A stretch of DNA of 64,000 nucleotides from an uncultured Acidobacteriota bacterium (GCA_963777605.1 CAVZRV010000008.1:1-64000); one strand, 5' to 3'; shown: positions 49,710 to 61,064, counted from the first letter of the stretch. The notes: a model not told the origin generated them from the sequence alone. Made by a program: numbers and translations.

Positions 49710-51455
49710 TCAGGCTGGTACGGAAGTCCGGTTGGGAACAACGCGCGGAACCTGGATGAATGCGACTACCGCTTCAACGGTCATCCAGAGGGCAAGAACG
49801 AAGATCAGGCCACCAATCGAGGTCAGTAGCCAGTTTCCCGATGTAATGTAGCGCAATTCATTCTCGACCATCGCCCAATTGGTCACGACAAGCATGAACA
49901 GGCAAGGGATGCCGGTAAACAGGTACTTGAGCCCACCCTGATGGCGAAGATACAGCGTGACAACCAGGAGTGCCAGCCCCGCCAGCAGTTGGTTGGCACT
50001 GCCGAAAAGCGGCCAGAGGCGCATCGCACCGGTACCATCGGTTCCCGAGGCAAAGGCGAGCACAGCCGCGGTCACGACAGCAAACGAGGTAGCAGCCCAG
50101 CGGTTGGAAAGCCGTGGGACGCCGATGTCATTGGCCAGTTCGCTTACCACGTATCTCTGCAGCCGGACGGCCGTGTCGAGAGATGTGCCGGCAAACGAGG
50201 CAATGAAAACCCCCATCACCGTTACCCCGAAGCTGGCTGGTATTCCGGTGGTCGCCATGAGATTGGCAGCTCCCTGAATGACCGGGGCAATCTTGTCGGC
50301 GAGACCCTTGTCACCGATCCAGCTTCCGTAGTAGTGGTTCCAGGCCCCCACTCCCTGCAGTACGGTGCCATCCGCCAGGTGCAGGCCCATCCCAATGCCG
50401 GCACCGATGCTGATAATCACCATGACGGCCAGCAAGCCTTCCACGAGCATGGATCCGTAGCCCACCAGAAGGCTGTCCGACTCGTTTCTCAGCTGCTTCG
50501 GGCTGGTGCCTGAGGCCACCAGTGAGTGAAATCCGCTGATCGCTCCGCAGGCAATGATCACGAACATGGCCGGCCAGATCGACGGAGTGTTTGCCGGAGG
50601 AGTCGGGTTCACGGCCGGCGCCGCCATCGACAGGTCTGTGGTCAGTGAAGCCACCAGCGTTCCGGCGGCAAGGAGGCCCATTGCCACCATCAATTGCCAC
50701 GCGTTGATGTAATCCCTGGGCTGGAGCAACGTCTTCACCGAGATTGTCGAGGCTATCCAGCAGTAACCGAGCAGCACGGCCACCCAGAAACCCGTGGCTG
50801 GAAGGCCGGCCACCGTGGTCAGCTTGATCGGCATCCAACTGCCGATCAAAACCGTTGCGTACATTGCAGCTACGGCCACAAGAGTGGCCCGTCCCTGTCG
50901 AAATCCCCAGTTGTAAACCGCTCTGCCCAGGATTACTGCAATCGGGATTTGAAGCCAGACCGGGAAGACGGACGTGGGGAATAGTGTGAACACTGCTGCG
51001 ATCACAACTCCAAAGACAGCGATGACGATCAGCACGGTCAGGAAAACTACCGCGAAGAAGATGAAGCGAACCCGGGAGTTGATGAAACGGGCCGCAACCT
51101 CGGAGATGCTCTGACCGCGATTTCGAAGAGAGACCACCAGGGTCCCGAGGTCATGAACGGCACCCATGAAGATGCTCCCGAACACAACCCAGAGGATTGC
51201 CGGAAGCCAACCCCAGATGATGCCGATCGCAGGTCCTACGATTGGTCCCGTTCCGGCGATCGACGTGAAATGGTGTCCAAAGACGATTCCCTTGCTGGTC
51301 GGCACATAGTCGATTCCGTCCTCGAATTCGCTCGACGGGACGGTGGCCCCAGGATCGAGTTGGAAGATCCTTCGCGCCAGGAACTTACCGTACGTGTGGT
51401 AGGCGACGTAATAGGCAAGGGCACAAACGATCAACAAGAACAAAACATTCATCAT
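49710..51455 (-). CDS. cstA: Carbon starvation protein CstA
   Basis: DGIDYVP, FGHHFTSIAGTGPIVGP, ACGAISGFH and LWPLFGSANQLLA. Confidence 0.95.
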   Translation of the reverse strand: MMNVLFLLIVCALAYYVAYHTYGKFLARRIFQLDPGATVPSSEFEDGIDYVPTSKGIVFGHHFTSIAGTGPIVGPAIGIIWGWLPAILWVVFGSIFMGAVHDLGTLVVSLRNRGQSISEVAARFINSRVRFIFFAVVFLTVLIVIAVFGVVIAAVFTLFPTSVFPVWLQIPIAVILGRAVYNWGFRQGRATLVAVAAMYATVLIGSWMPIKLTTVAGLPATGFWVAVLLGYCWIASTISVKTLLQPRDYINAWQLMVAMGLLAAGTLVASLTTDLSMAAPAVNPTPPANTPSIWPAMFVIIACGAISGFHSLVASGTSPKQLRNESDSLLVGYGSMLVEGLLAVMVIISIGAGIGMGLHLADGTVLQGVGAWNHYYGSWIGDKGLADKIAPVIQGAANLMATTGIPASFGVTVMGVFIASFAGTSLDTAVRLQRYVVSELANDIGVPRLSNRWAATSFAVVTAAVLAFASGTDGTGAMRLWPLFGSANQLLAGLALLVVTLYLRHQGGLKYLFTGIPCLFMLVVTNWAMVENELRYITSGNWLLTSIGGLIFVLALWMTVEAVVAFIQVPRVVPNRTSVPA

Positions 51456-51566
51456 CGGCTCCGTTAGCGAAGTCTCGGGCGCGGGAAAGGAATGCTGCGC
51501 AGGATTGTATCAGGATCGGCCGGAGAAGCCAGGGTTCGGGACAGACGGAGAAAGTCCGCCCGGATT

Positions 51567-52376
51567 TCATCTAAACCGGACTTCGTAAATCCTCGGCCAC
51601 AGTTTACCGGTGAGGAGGAACGATTTCCGGGACGGATCGTAGGCGATCCCGTTGAGAACGTCTTCCCCAGCCTTGGGCCGGTAGGGAAGGCTGGATGCAT
51701 CAATGACCGCGTTCACCACACCAGTAGAGGGGTCGATCCTGACAATGTCTGTGGTATGCCAGACGTTGGCGTAAATCTCACCTTCCAGGAACTCGAGTTC
51801 GTTGAGCAGCTCGACCGGCTTCCCGTCGAGCGTCACCGGGAGTCGTCGCCAGACCGCGAAGGTCGACGGGTCCCGAAAAGTCAGCGAGCTGGAACCATCG
51901 CTCATTACGAGCCAGCTCCCGTCGGTGGTGAGCCCCCACCCTTCCCCGTCGTACTTGACCCGCCCGACTTCCTTGAAGGAAGCGCGATCGTAAATGAAGG
52001 CAACGCCCGACTGCCAGGTGATCTGGACCAGGTGGTTTCTGTCGAAGGTCAGTCCTTCCCCGAAGAAGTAGGGTGAGAGACGCACTTCCCGGATGACCTT
52101 CCCGTCGGACAACCGGACCTTGCGGAGCCTGGAAAGCCCGTACTGTCCGGTGCTTTCGTAAACGTAATCACCGTCGCAGACGAGCCCCTGGGTAAACGAT
52201 CCGGTATCATGGGGATATTCGGCGATGACTTCGACGGTGAGATGCTGGACTCCGTCGGAGGAAGCGGAGGATGCCCCGCAGGAAAGAAACAGGAGCGAAA
52301 GTGCGAGAGGCGCAAGCAGAACCGGAGCTACATTCTTGATCCAGATGAAAAGCTGCAAAGTGTCGAACTCCATCAC
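51567..52376 (-). CDS. Glutaminyl-peptide cyclotransferase (beta-propeller type)
   Basis: YPHD..FTQGL, ESTGQYG, FFGEGL, EGWGLT, LNELE and VLNGIAYD..TGKLWP. Confidence 0.93.
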   Translation of the reverse strand: MMEFDTLQLFIWIKNVAPVLLAPLALSLLFLSCGASSASSDGVQHLTVEVIAEYPHDTGSFTQGLVCDGDYVYESTGQYGLSRLRKVRLSDGKVIREVRLSPYFFGEGLTFDRNHLVQITWQSGVAFIYDRASFKEVGRVKYDGEGWGLTTDGSWLVMSDGSSSLTFRDPSTFAVWRRLPVTLDGKPVELLNELEFLEGEIYANVWHTTDIVRIDPSTGVVNAVIDASSLPYRPKAGEDVLNGIAYDPSRKSFLLTGKLWPRIYEVRFR

Positions 52377-52477
52377 CGATATGACGTCCCGTGGAATTGC
52401 CGACCAATCATACTGGGGTGAGCCGTTCTCCGGGCGTCAATCTCTCCTATATTGTACGAAAACATTAGAATGGGGGG

Positions 52478-52861
52478 ATGACACCAGCAAAGATCGCTGT
52501 CGCCATGTTCCTGTTGGGTCTTACCCCGGTTGCTTCCTGTTCAAAACCGGCGGAATCCGGCAAGACCTTCACGGTTCGCGGAGAGGTTGTCGGCAAGCCG
52601 TTCGAGGGCCAGGCCCTGCGGATCAGGCATGAGACGATTCCCGGGGTGATGGAGGCGATGACGATGGATTTCAAATTGAAGGATCCTGCCGCGGGAGAGA
52701 AGATCCTGAACGGTGACAAGATCCGTTTTCGATACGTAATGAACGGTGTGGATTCCTACATCGACCGAATAGAGGTCCTCAACGCCGATACCAGTCTGGA
52801 TCTGGCCGGGGACAATGAGATGCAAGAGCACAATGCCGCCGACAATGGCGGGGCAAAGTAA
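52478..52861 (+). CDS. CusF-like copper-binding lipoprotein
   Basis: Lipobox VASC; IRHETIPGVMEAMTMDF His/Met motif. Confidence 0.8.
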   Translation: MTPAKIAVAMFLLGLTPVASCSKPAESGKTFTVRGEVVGKPFEGQALRIRHETIPGVMEAMTMDFKLKDPAAGEKILNGDKIRFRYVMNGVDSYIDRIEVLNADTSLDLAGDNEMQEHNAADNGGAK

Positions 52862-52876
52862 CGGAGGATCGAAAAA

Positions 52877-54115
52877 GTGAATCGAAGAGACCTTATTTCA
52901 GGAATTGCGGGGGCCGCCGTGGGAACCAGCCTGGTCGGATCCAGGAAAGTGTTGGCTGCGCCGGTGTCAGCGGCTTCGGCGGCGACCGCTTCCACCTCGT
53001 CCGCGGCATCGGCTGAGCAGGATTGTCCGCTTTCGCTGGTGGATTTCGAGCCGAAGAGCATGCTCCACGTTAAAGAGACTTATGTCCCTCGTCCGAAGTA
53101 TCCAGTGATTGACTTCCATTCCCACCTGGGGTGGTCGAGGTGGAAAGACGGCAAGTGGAACATCACTCCACTCAGCACTCCCGAAAAGGTCATCGATCTG
53201 ATGGATCGGAAGGGGATCCAACTCATGGTCCACCTGACCGGGGGTGCCGGGGAAGGATATGATGAGAGCCTGGCCTACTGGCAGATCCCTCATCCCGACC
53301 GTTTCGCCGTCTTCGTGGAACCCTGGTACGGTCGCATCAAAGAGGCCAACTACAGCAGGATTCTCGCGGACGATGTCGAGCGGGCTGCAAAGGCGGGCGC
53401 ACGTGGCTTGAAGGTCCTGAAGACGCTGGGGCTCTATCTCCGAGAGGACGGAGACCGGGGCCCGCTCGTCAAGGTTGACGACCCCCGTTTCGACGAAATG
53501 TGGGAAGTGGCTGCTGCCTACAAGCTCCCCGTCGCGATCCACACGTCGGACCCCGAGGCATTCTTCCTGGGGATTGATCGCTACAACGAGCGGTTCGAGG
53601 AACTGAATGCTCACCCTGACTGGTCATTCCACGGGAAGGACTTCCCGAGTGATCGCGAGCTCCAGGAAGCTCGCCTCCGAGTTATCAAGCGGCACCCGAA
53701 GACCACCTTCGTGGCCCTTCACGTGGCGAATTCCGAGAACCTGGACTATGTCTCGGAGTGTATGCGGACCTACCCCAACATGCATACCGAAATCGCTGCC
53801 CGGGTTGGAGAACTTGGGCGCCAGCCGCGGCGAAGTCGGAAGTTCTTCGATGAGTTCCAGGATCGGGTCATGTTCGGTACCGATGCCGTGCCGGGTGGAT
53901 ACGAAACTCCTCAACAGGTATTCGTGGACGAGCTTTACGATATCTACTACCGGTTCCTGGAGACCGATGACGAGTACTTCGACTACGCGCCTGCACCGAC
54001 GCCTCCCCAGGGACGTTGGAAGATCTACGGGATTGAGCTGCCCGACTCGATTTTGAAGAAGGTCTACTACGAGAATGCCGCCAAGCTTCTGAAGATGCCT
54101 GCATTGAAGGCTTGA
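52877..54115 (+). CDS. Tat-exported amidohydrolase (Amidohydro_2)
   Basis: NRRDLI; IDFHSH, PVAIH and DRVMFGTD. Confidence 0.9.
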   Translation: MNRRDLISGIAGAAVGTSLVGSRKVLAAPVSAASAATASTSSAASAEQDCPLSLVDFEPKSMLHVKETYVPRPKYPVIDFHSHLGWSRWKDGKWNITPLSTPEKVIDLMDRKGIQLMVHLTGGAGEGYDESLAYWQIPHPDRFAVFVEPWYGRIKEANYSRILADDVERAAKAGARGLKVLKTLGLYLREDGDRGPLVKVDDPRFDEMWEVAAAYKLPVAIHTSDPEAFFLGIDRYNERFEELNAHPDWSFHGKDFPSDRELQEARLRVIKRHPKTTFVALHVANSENLDYVSECMRTYPNMHTEIAARVGELGRQPRRSRKFFDEFQDRVMFGTDAVPGGYETPQQVFVDELYDIYYRFLETDDEYFDYAPAPTPPQGRWKIYGIELPDSILKKVYYENAAKLLKMPALKA

Positions 54116-54225
54116 GGTGGCCAATTCCCGATATTTGTCGGAACCGCTCGGGATTCCTCTCCGGGAGTGAGATCGTGGGCGGTTCCAACTTCGACACCGA
54201 GGCACAGCGAAAAAGCGAGATTCAC

Positions 54226-55161
54226 ATGAGACACTGCCTGAGATTTCATCGTCCCGCCTTCTTCCTCATCCTGTTGTTGCCGCTGTTCGGCTGCCAGACC
54301 ACGACGCAGACTGCTGAGCAGGAATCGTCGGCCCCGGCTGCCGTGAAGACCTCCGAAGAGAGCCTGATGGGACTGACTCTTGATCAGCCGGTGACGATCC
54401 CGGATGTTGGAGCTGCCCAGGGGTTGGAATGGAGGGACGGCCGCGTATACATATACGGGGACCGCACCGAAGGCATGATCCGAGAGTACCGATTGAGAGG
54501 CCGCAGCCTCGATTTCACCGGTCTCGAAATGATGCTGACCCTGGACGGGAAGGACACCATCTCGCACCCCACCGGATTGACCTGGCAGAAAGGGTTCGGC
54601 ACCTGGCTCGGAGACACCGTGAATGGGCAGGGTACGATCTACCACCTCGACTGGGATGCCCTCCAGAAGTACCGCACCCTCGACGGGGCTGTCCTGAAAA
54701 CGATCGCAGACGATCTTGCGGTTAACGGGACCCGGCCCGAATTTGTGCGTTTCGAGGGTAAGTGGTATCTCGCAACCGCCGACTATGGCGACAAGGACAA
54801 CGTCGTCCGGCTGTACGACCCTGAGAAGCTGGCACAGGCCTCCAGGACGAGTGATGAGGGAGTCCTGGCCCACTCCTTTTCATGCGGCCCCTGGGTTCAG
54901 AGCCTCTACTGGGATGAGCGTGCAGGTGCTCTCATGCTGGTACAGAATCAGGTTGAAGGCCTGAAGTGGCGCGTCAGCCTGCTCGACCTTGAAGCCTCCG
55001 TACTCGCGGGCCACTCGCAGGTACTCCAGGTGACGGATCTGCCTCCTCAGGACGAACTGGAGGGCTTCCACGAGATTAACTCGCAACTGGGGATTTTCGT
55101 TTCGAGTTCCAGGGAGAACAACCTGTACTTTGCTGATCTGGCCTGGGCCAAGGTCCGTTAG
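54226..55161 (+). CDS. Hypothetical lipoprotein, beta-rich
   Basis: Lipobox LFGC; QGL, HPTGL and ELEG blade-like motifs. Confidence 0.7.
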   Translation: MRHCLRFHRPAFFLILLLPLFGCQTTTQTAEQESSAPAAVKTSEESLMGLTLDQPVTIPDVGAAQGLEWRDGRVYIYGDRTEGMIREYRLRGRSLDFTGLEMMLTLDGKDTISHPTGLTWQKGFGTWLGDTVNGQGTIYHLDWDALQKYRTLDGAVLKTIADDLAVNGTRPEFVRFEGKWYLATADYGDKDNVVRLYDPEKLAQASRTSDEGVLAHSFSCGPWVQSLYWDERAGALMLVQNQVEGLKWRVSLLDLEASVLAGHSQVLQVTDLPPQDELEGFHEINSQLGIFVSSSRENNLYFADLAWAKVR

Positions 55162-55210
55162 GTCGGCAGCTCTCGTTCGCCATGCTAGAATTCTTCATGG
55201 AGTTGCACAA

Positions 55211-55753
55211 TTGCTCATTCGAGTTGGCCTGACTGTCGCTATTCTTCTTCTCCTGGTTGTGTCTCCTTCCCTTGCCGCCGAACCGTCTTTGTGTCACGCA
55301 TTTGTTGACTACGACTTCATCTGGACCCTGGAGGTTGTACGTCAACGAACTTCGGTGACGCCGATCCTGAACGCGATAGCCTTTTCGTCCGGTGAGTGGG
55401 AGGTCCAGCCGTCCCAGGTCAAGATCACCGACGACAAGGGGGGCGAGCGGAAGGTGGAGGATTTCTCGTTCGACTCGGGAGACCCGACCAGCCCCTACGT
55501 GAACCCCTACTTTAAGTTGCGGGGAGGGGAATTCATCGGGATGGACCTGATCGGTGATTTTGCCACGGTTGATGCCCTCAGTCGGGTTGAAATTGACGCT
55601 GGGAAGGACCGCTTCATACTCGAACCGATGGACTGCAACAGCTTTGAGGAGTTGGCCGACAAGATCGGGCAACTCGAGATTGGCACGGGCGATCAGGTCG
55701 CGACTTTTCAGATGCTGAACATCCCGCTGATGGGCACGCGCGAAGAGCGCTGA
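55211..55753 (+). CDS. Hypothetical secreted protein (start uncertain)
   Basis: Signal peptide ending PSLA-AE; acidic mature region; open frame. Confidence 0.65.
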   Translation: MLIRVGLTVAILLLLVVSPSLAAEPSLCHAFVDYDFIWTLEVVRQRTSVTPILNAIAFSSGEWEVQPSQVKITDDKGGERKVEDFSFDSGDPTSPYVNPYFKLRGGEFIGMDLIGDFATVDALSRVEIDAGKDRFILEPMDCNSFEELADKIGQLEIGTGDQVATFQMLNIPLMGTREER

Positions 55754-55950
55754 GGCTGTTGGGACCGGCTTCGTTTGATGCGGTCCGCAATCGGCGAGAC
55801 TCAGGATGGGTCCGGAGCTTTTCCCGGTTGACTGCGATCGCCGACGGTTAGTTCAACGCCCAGCGCAGACCGGGCGGCCTGGTATCGGCTTGATGTCGTT
55901 TCGTCCCAGCGGGCCCCGGCGGAAGAGCTTTGCCGGAAGAGGAGGAGCAC

Positions 55951-57391
55951 ATGTCCAGTCACGAGATTCCTACCCTTGGCTATTTTTGTGGAGGCGAGTC
56001 CTGCCAGGAAGGCGATTCCCTTGCCGTTCGGTCTTGCTATACCGACAAGATTGTGGCCCAGACCTACCGGCCTTCGAAGGAGTCGATCGAGCGGGCCGTC
56101 GAACGCACTCGTTCTGCTGCAGCGGCCATGCGACGGCTCTCCAGTTTCGAGCGCGCGAAGATTCTTCGGACGATGTCGGAAAAGGTGGAAGCGGCGGCGG
56201 CTGAGTTCGTCCGCATGCTCGCACTCGAGGCCGGTAAACCGTGTCAAAGCCGGCACAGTAGAAGTGGACCGCTGCGTTTTCAATCTCAGGAACGCCTCCG
56301 AAGAGGCGCAGCGTCTCGAGTCCGAGTTGATCCCTCTCGATCTCTTCCCGGCTGCTCGAGGACGTTGGGGGCTGATCCGGCGTTTTCCGCTGGGGACGAT
56401 CCTCGCGATAACGCCATTCAATTTTCCACTGAACCTGGTCGCCCACAAAGTCGCTCCCGCGATCGCTTCGGGGAATTCGATCGTCCAGAAGCCGGCATCC
56501 AAGACACCGATCTGCTCCCTCATGTTGGCGCGGATCGCCTACGAGTCTGGATTGCCCGAAAACGCTCTTTCCGTGCTGCCCTGTTCGGGTGGCGAAGCCG
56601 GCCAACTGGCCGCTTCCGATCGCTTCGGCCTGGTTACTTTCACGGGAAGCGCGGAAGTCGGCTGGGGATTGAAACGGAAGGTAGCGCGCGGGCGGGTGAC
56701 TCTTGAACTGGGAGGCAATGCGGGCGTAGTGATTCACGGCGACGCAAATCTGGGAGATGCCGCCGCCCGCTGTGCTGCCGGAGGATTCTCTTACGCCGGA
56801 CAAAGTTGCATTTCGGTCCAGCGGATCTTCGTCCAGAAGGGCGTCTTCGATCAATTCCTCCAGAAATTCGTAGAGGAGGTGGGCAAGCTCAAGGCTGGGG
56901 ACCCGCTGGACGAAACCACAGACGTGGGCCCAATGATCAGTTTGGCCGACGCCGACCGGGTAGAGCAGTGGGTCGCGGAAGCCGTCTCGGGAGGGGCCAG
57001 CCTGCTGACAGGCGGCACTCGTGATGGAGCGGTTGTGAGGCCGACTGTCCTGACTAATACGCGAGATGCGATGAGAGTCAACTGTGAAGAGGTCTTTGGC
57101 CCAGTTGTTACGGTCGAGCCCTACGACGATTTTCCGTCGGCCCTCGAGAAGGTAAATGACTCGAGGTTCGGACTCCAGGCCGGCGTTTTCACTTCCGATT
57201 TCAATCAGATTTTCCAAGCCTTCGAGGCACTCGACGTAGGCGGAGTCGTCGTCAATGACGTGCCCACATTTCGTGCCGATCACATGCCTTACGGTGGAGT
57301 GAAAGATTCTGGAACAGGTCGAGAGGGTGCCCGCTATGCCATCGAAGAAATGACCGAGCGGAAGATCCTCATCATCAGGCGGGAAGGCTGA
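55951..57391 (+). CDS. Aldehyde dehydrogenase; one frameshift near 56242
   Basis: GGAGGAG RBS plus ATG; ..EAGKP, frameshift, VKAG..ITPFNFPLNL, FTGS, LELGGN, AGQSCIS and EEVFGPV. Confidence 0.9.
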
Positions 57392-57404
57392 GCCGGGTTA
57401 ATCG

Positions 57405-58427
57405 ATGAGATGGCATGTTGAACGGCAGAGACTTGAACTGATCCGTCCGTTTACGATTGCGCGCGGAACGAGTAGTTACCGGGAAACGTTGAGGCTGGAG
57501 CTGGAGCAAGAAGGAATCGTCGGATACGGCGAGGCGGCTCCGAACCTGCGCTACCAGGAGACGGTGGAAAGTGCCGCAGGAGCCCTTGAACAGCTGCCCC
57601 GGGAGTTGGGTGAGCTTCGTCCGGGGACCTTCCGGACGTTTATTGATTCACACCGCCAATTCCTCCGGAACCAGCATGCTGCAATGGCCGCCTTTGACAT
57701 GGCGGTCCTTGACTGGACCGGCAGGGCGAGAGGCGAGCCGGTCTTCGAAATGCTTGGCATCGATCCCATGCGGATGCCTCCGACCAGTTTTACCGTAGGA
57801 ATCGACAGACCGGAGGCGATGGCCGAGAGAGCCCGCGAACTTGCGCCGCACTACCGGGTTCTGAAGATCAAGCTGGGGACCGATCACGACCGTGATCTCG
57901 TCAGAGCCGTCCGGCAGGCTACCCAGATTCGGCTGCGGGTGGACGCGAACGAGGGATGGGGGTCTCCCGAGAGGGCTCTGGCCGAGATCGAGTGGCTGGC
58001 GGAACGAGGAGTGGAATTCGTCGAGCAGCCCCTTCCCGCGGCCCTTGATGAACGGATGCCGTGGCTCAAAGAACGCAGCCCGATTCCTTTGCTGGCGGAC
58101 GAAAGTGCGTGCTCGCTGAGAGACTTGTCCAGAGTGTCGGCAGGCTTTCACGGCATCAACGTGAAATTGATGAAGTGCGGCGGAATTCTGAGCGCTCTCG
58201 ACCTGGTTGCGGCCGCCCGCGAATGGGGGCTCAGCGTGATGGTCGGGTGCATGGTCGAATCCTCGTGCGGACTGGCCGCCGCGGCCCAGGTCGGCCCTCT
58301 GGCCGACTTCGCCGACCTCGACAGCAATCTCTACCTGTCGAATGATCCGTTTGAAGGCCACCCCGTAATCGGCGGTCGAGTGTCCCTCTCCCCGGCCCCA
58401 GGACTGGGCGTGCGCCCCGTTGATTGA
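57405..58427 (+). CDS. Dipeptide epimerase (L-Ala-D/L-Glu epimerase, enolase superfamily)
   Basis: FTIARG, LKIKLG, VDANEGW, EQP, ADES, KLMKCGG and DLD. Confidence 0.92.
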   Translation: MRWHVERQRLELIRPFTIARGTSSYRETLRLELEQEGIVGYGEAAPNLRYQETVESAAGALEQLPRELGELRPGTFRTFIDSHRQFLRNQHAAMAAFDMAVLDWTGRARGEPVFEMLGIDPMRMPPTSFTVGIDRPEAMAERARELAPHYRVLKIKLGTDHDRDLVRAVRQATQIRLRVDANEGWGSPERALAEIEWLAERGVEFVEQPLPAALDERMPWLKERSPIPLLADESACSLRDLSRVSAGFHGINVKLMKCGGILSALDLVAAAREWGLSVMVGCMVESSCGLAAAAQVGPLADFADLDSNLYLSNDPFEGHPVIGGRVSLSPAPGLGVRPVD

Positions 58428-58566
58428 ACCGGGACTGCGCCCGGGCAGATTCTCGATTCCTTCAATCCAGCACTCGGCACCGGCGGTCGAAGATAAAGTC
58501 GGCAGTCAGAGCCATCCTCTCCGGATCGGAATTCCTGGTCTGTGAAGGGATGCGGGTTCGGAGGAT

Positions 58567-60303
58567 TCACAGCTTCTGTTCGGTCCGATCCTCGTGAGGA
58601 GTAATCACCAGCGTTGAGACCAGGGGCGACGCGGGCATTTCGGCTCTGGCCTCGGATTCGGGCAGTGCTCCGCCAAGCGACAGGATAGCCCGATCAGCAC
58701 TCCAAAAGACCGAGTCGGGCCGAAGTTCTTCCAGGAAGCCGGTTCGCACCAGGACTGATTCCACCCGTGGCTGCAGAGAGGCCAGCAGAAGCCGGCCGCC
58801 CCCGGCGCTCTGACGACGGAGGATCTCCCGAAGTACTTCCACTCCAGTTGCATCCACCAGGGGAACTCCCCGCATCGAGAGGATGACGGTGGCGGAAGGC
58901 TCGTCGCTGCCGTGGACCTGGTCGACGAGCTTGCGCGCGGCAGCGAAGAACAGTGGGCCGCTGAGGTAGTAGACGCCAATCGGATGCTCGGGATGGACGA
59001 ACCGGTGGCCTGCAGCGGCCAGTTTCGCCAGATCAACCGACTGGCGCGCGATCTGGAGGTCGCTCATCTGAGCCATAAAGATCAGGCTGCTGATCCCAAA
59101 GCCGATCACGATCGCCTGGGTCAGGTCGAGCACGACAGTCGCCGCCAGAGTTATGGCGAATGCAATGATGGCGTGTTTGAGGCGCCGGCTGAAATAGAAC
59201 CGAATGGCGTGCCACTCATTCATTCGCCATGCTGTTACTACCAGAACTCCGGCCAGTGACGCCAGCGGTATGCGGCCGATGATGGGAGCAAACAGCAGGG
59301 CGAAAGCCAGCAGCGTCAGCCCGTGGAAAACGGAAGAGAGGCGGGTCACCGATCCGCTCTTCACGTTGACGCTCGATCGGGCGATTGCGGCGGTTGCAGG
59401 GACCCCCCCGAAGAAGGGGATCAACATGTTCCCGACGCCTTGAGCCACCAGTTCGACACCATTGTGCATTCGGATCCCGGTCATGTTGCCAGCAACGGCC
59501 CCGCAAAGCAGCGACTCGATCGTGCCCAGCGCGGCGATCGACATTGCGGGGACCAGCAGTCCGGCATAATCAGCGTGAACGAGCGCTTCCAGCGAAAGGC
59601 GGTTGCTGAGGACGATCGACCGCGGAACCGCTCCGATGATCGCAACGTTCCAGCCGGACACCATGACGAATCCGGTGGCGGCAATGATCGTCGCAAGCGA
59701 TGAAGGAATCCAGCGGGAAATTGGGAGGCGGGGCCAGGCGACCATCAGAACGACACTCACCACCGACAGTATGAGGGCGTGGGGATTGGGTTCCGGGTGA
59801 CTGTTGACCAGCAAGAGGATTCGCTGAATGACATTTTCCGCCGGTGGGCTCATCACTCCGAGCAGGTTGTCGAGTTGCCCGAGGGCGATGATGAGCGCGA
59901 TCCCGCTGGTGAAACCGGAAATGACCGGGGCAGGGATCAGCGAAACGACACGCCCCAACTTCAGGATGCCGAGGAGAACCATCATAGCGCCGGCCATGAG
60001 TCCGGCGATCCAGACCCCGGCCATGCCGTTGCGGGCGGCCAGGACGAGCAGGACCGCCGACATCGCTCCGGTTGGTCCCGAGATCTGATACGGGGCCCCG
60101 CCCAGAGTCCCGATCAGGATACCCGCTACGATGGCCGTGACGAGTCCGGCCGAGGCGTCGGCCCCGGAGGCCACTCCAAACGCCAGCGCAAGCGGCAACG
60201 CCACCGCCGCTACGGCCAACCCGGCCAGCAGATCTTTCCTGGCTTTGGCCCAATCGTAGCCTCTGAACTCACTCCGAAGCAGCAGTCCCCATTCGTGGAT
60301 CAT
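58567..60303 (-). CDS. SulP anion transporter with STAS domain
   Basis: DLLAGLAVAAVALPLALAF, ISGPTGAM, PATAAIARS and GPLFFA..DATG. Confidence 0.93.
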   Translation of the reverse strand: MIHEWGLLLRSEFRGYDWAKARKDLLAGLAVAAVALPLALAFGVASGADASAGLVTAIVAGILIGTLGGAPYQISGPTGAMSAVLLVLAARNGMAGVWIAGLMAGAMMVLLGILKLGRVVSLIPAPVISGFTSGIALIIALGQLDNLLGVMSPPAENVIQRILLLVNSHPEPNPHALILSVVSVVLMVAWPRLPISRWIPSSLATIIAATGFVMVSGWNVAIIGAVPRSIVLSNRLSLEALVHADYAGLLVPAMSIAALGTIESLLCGAVAGNMTGIRMHNGVELVAQGVGNMLIPFFGGVPATAAIARSSVNVKSGSVTRLSSVFHGLTLLAFALLFAPIIGRIPLASLAGVLVVTAWRMNEWHAIRFYFSRRLKHAIIAFAITLAATVVLDLTQAIVIGFGISSLIFMAQMSDLQIARQSVDLAKLAAAGHRFVHPEHPIGVYYLSGPLFFAAARKLVDQVHGSDEPSATVILSMRGVPLVDATGVEVLREILRRQSAGGGRLLLASLQPRVESVLVRTGFLEELRPDSVFWSADRAILSLGGALPESEARAEMPASPLVSTLVITPHEDRTEQKL

Positions 60304-60434
60304 TGCAACCAACGCAGTCTACATCAACAGGTTCGGCTGATGCCGTGGCGCCGTCGTCCTCCTAAAGAAAACGATATAATTCCCGATTGAAGTGCTATGG
60401 AAGGCGCCTCCTCTGCTGAAGTAGTGGACACTCG

Positions 60435-61064
60435 ATGAGAAAAACGGTTTGGTTTGTGAGGCATGGTGAGACGGACTGGAACGCGGAGATGCGTTGGCAG
60501 GGTCACACCGACATCCCCCTCAACAGCGCAGGTCGGAGTCAGGCGCAGGCGGCCTCCGAGGCCCTTCGCGGTCGGAAGCTCAAGGGCGTTCTGGCCAGCG
60601 ATCTGGGCCGAGCCCGGGAAACTGCTGAGATCATCGCTGAGCCTCACGGACTCCCGGTGTTTACCACCGACAAGCTTCGGGAAGTCGAAATTGGCGACCT
60701 GGAAGGGATGACCCGAGATGAAGTCATCGAATTCTATGGGGACGTTCGACTTCAGCCCTTGAGATCCGTCTTTGATCTCGACACCCCGTTCCCGAATGGC
60801 GAAACCAAGCGTGAGGCCCTCCACCGAGGCCTGACGGCGATCGAAGGCTTCGTGCGGTGGTGTCACGGCGAGGAAGTCGCCATCGTTTTTCACAGCCTCA
60901 TCCTGAGAGTCATCGTCCACGCCCTGTTTCCCGAGATCCGGGAACAGATTCACGTCCCAAACTGCAAGTTCTTTGAACTCGAGTTCGATGATGCCATCCA
61001 CGAGTGGACTGCCTGCGGGGAACTCCGCGAGTATCTGGAAAACGCCCGCGAAGCAACCGCCTAG
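60435..61064 (+). CDS. Histidine phosphatase family protein
   Basis: RHGETDWN..WQG..D, SDLGRA and LRE..G..EG. Confidence 0.92.
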   Translation: MRKTVWFVRHGETDWNAEMRWQGHTDIPLNSAGRSQAQAASEALRGRKLKGVLASDLGRARETAEIIAEPHGLPVFTTDKLREVEIGDLEGMTRDEVIEFYGDVRLQPLRSVFDLDTPFPNGETKREALHRGLTAIEGFVRWCHGEEVAIVFHSLILRVIVHALFPEIREQIHVPNCKFFELEFDDAIHEWTACGELREYLENAREATA

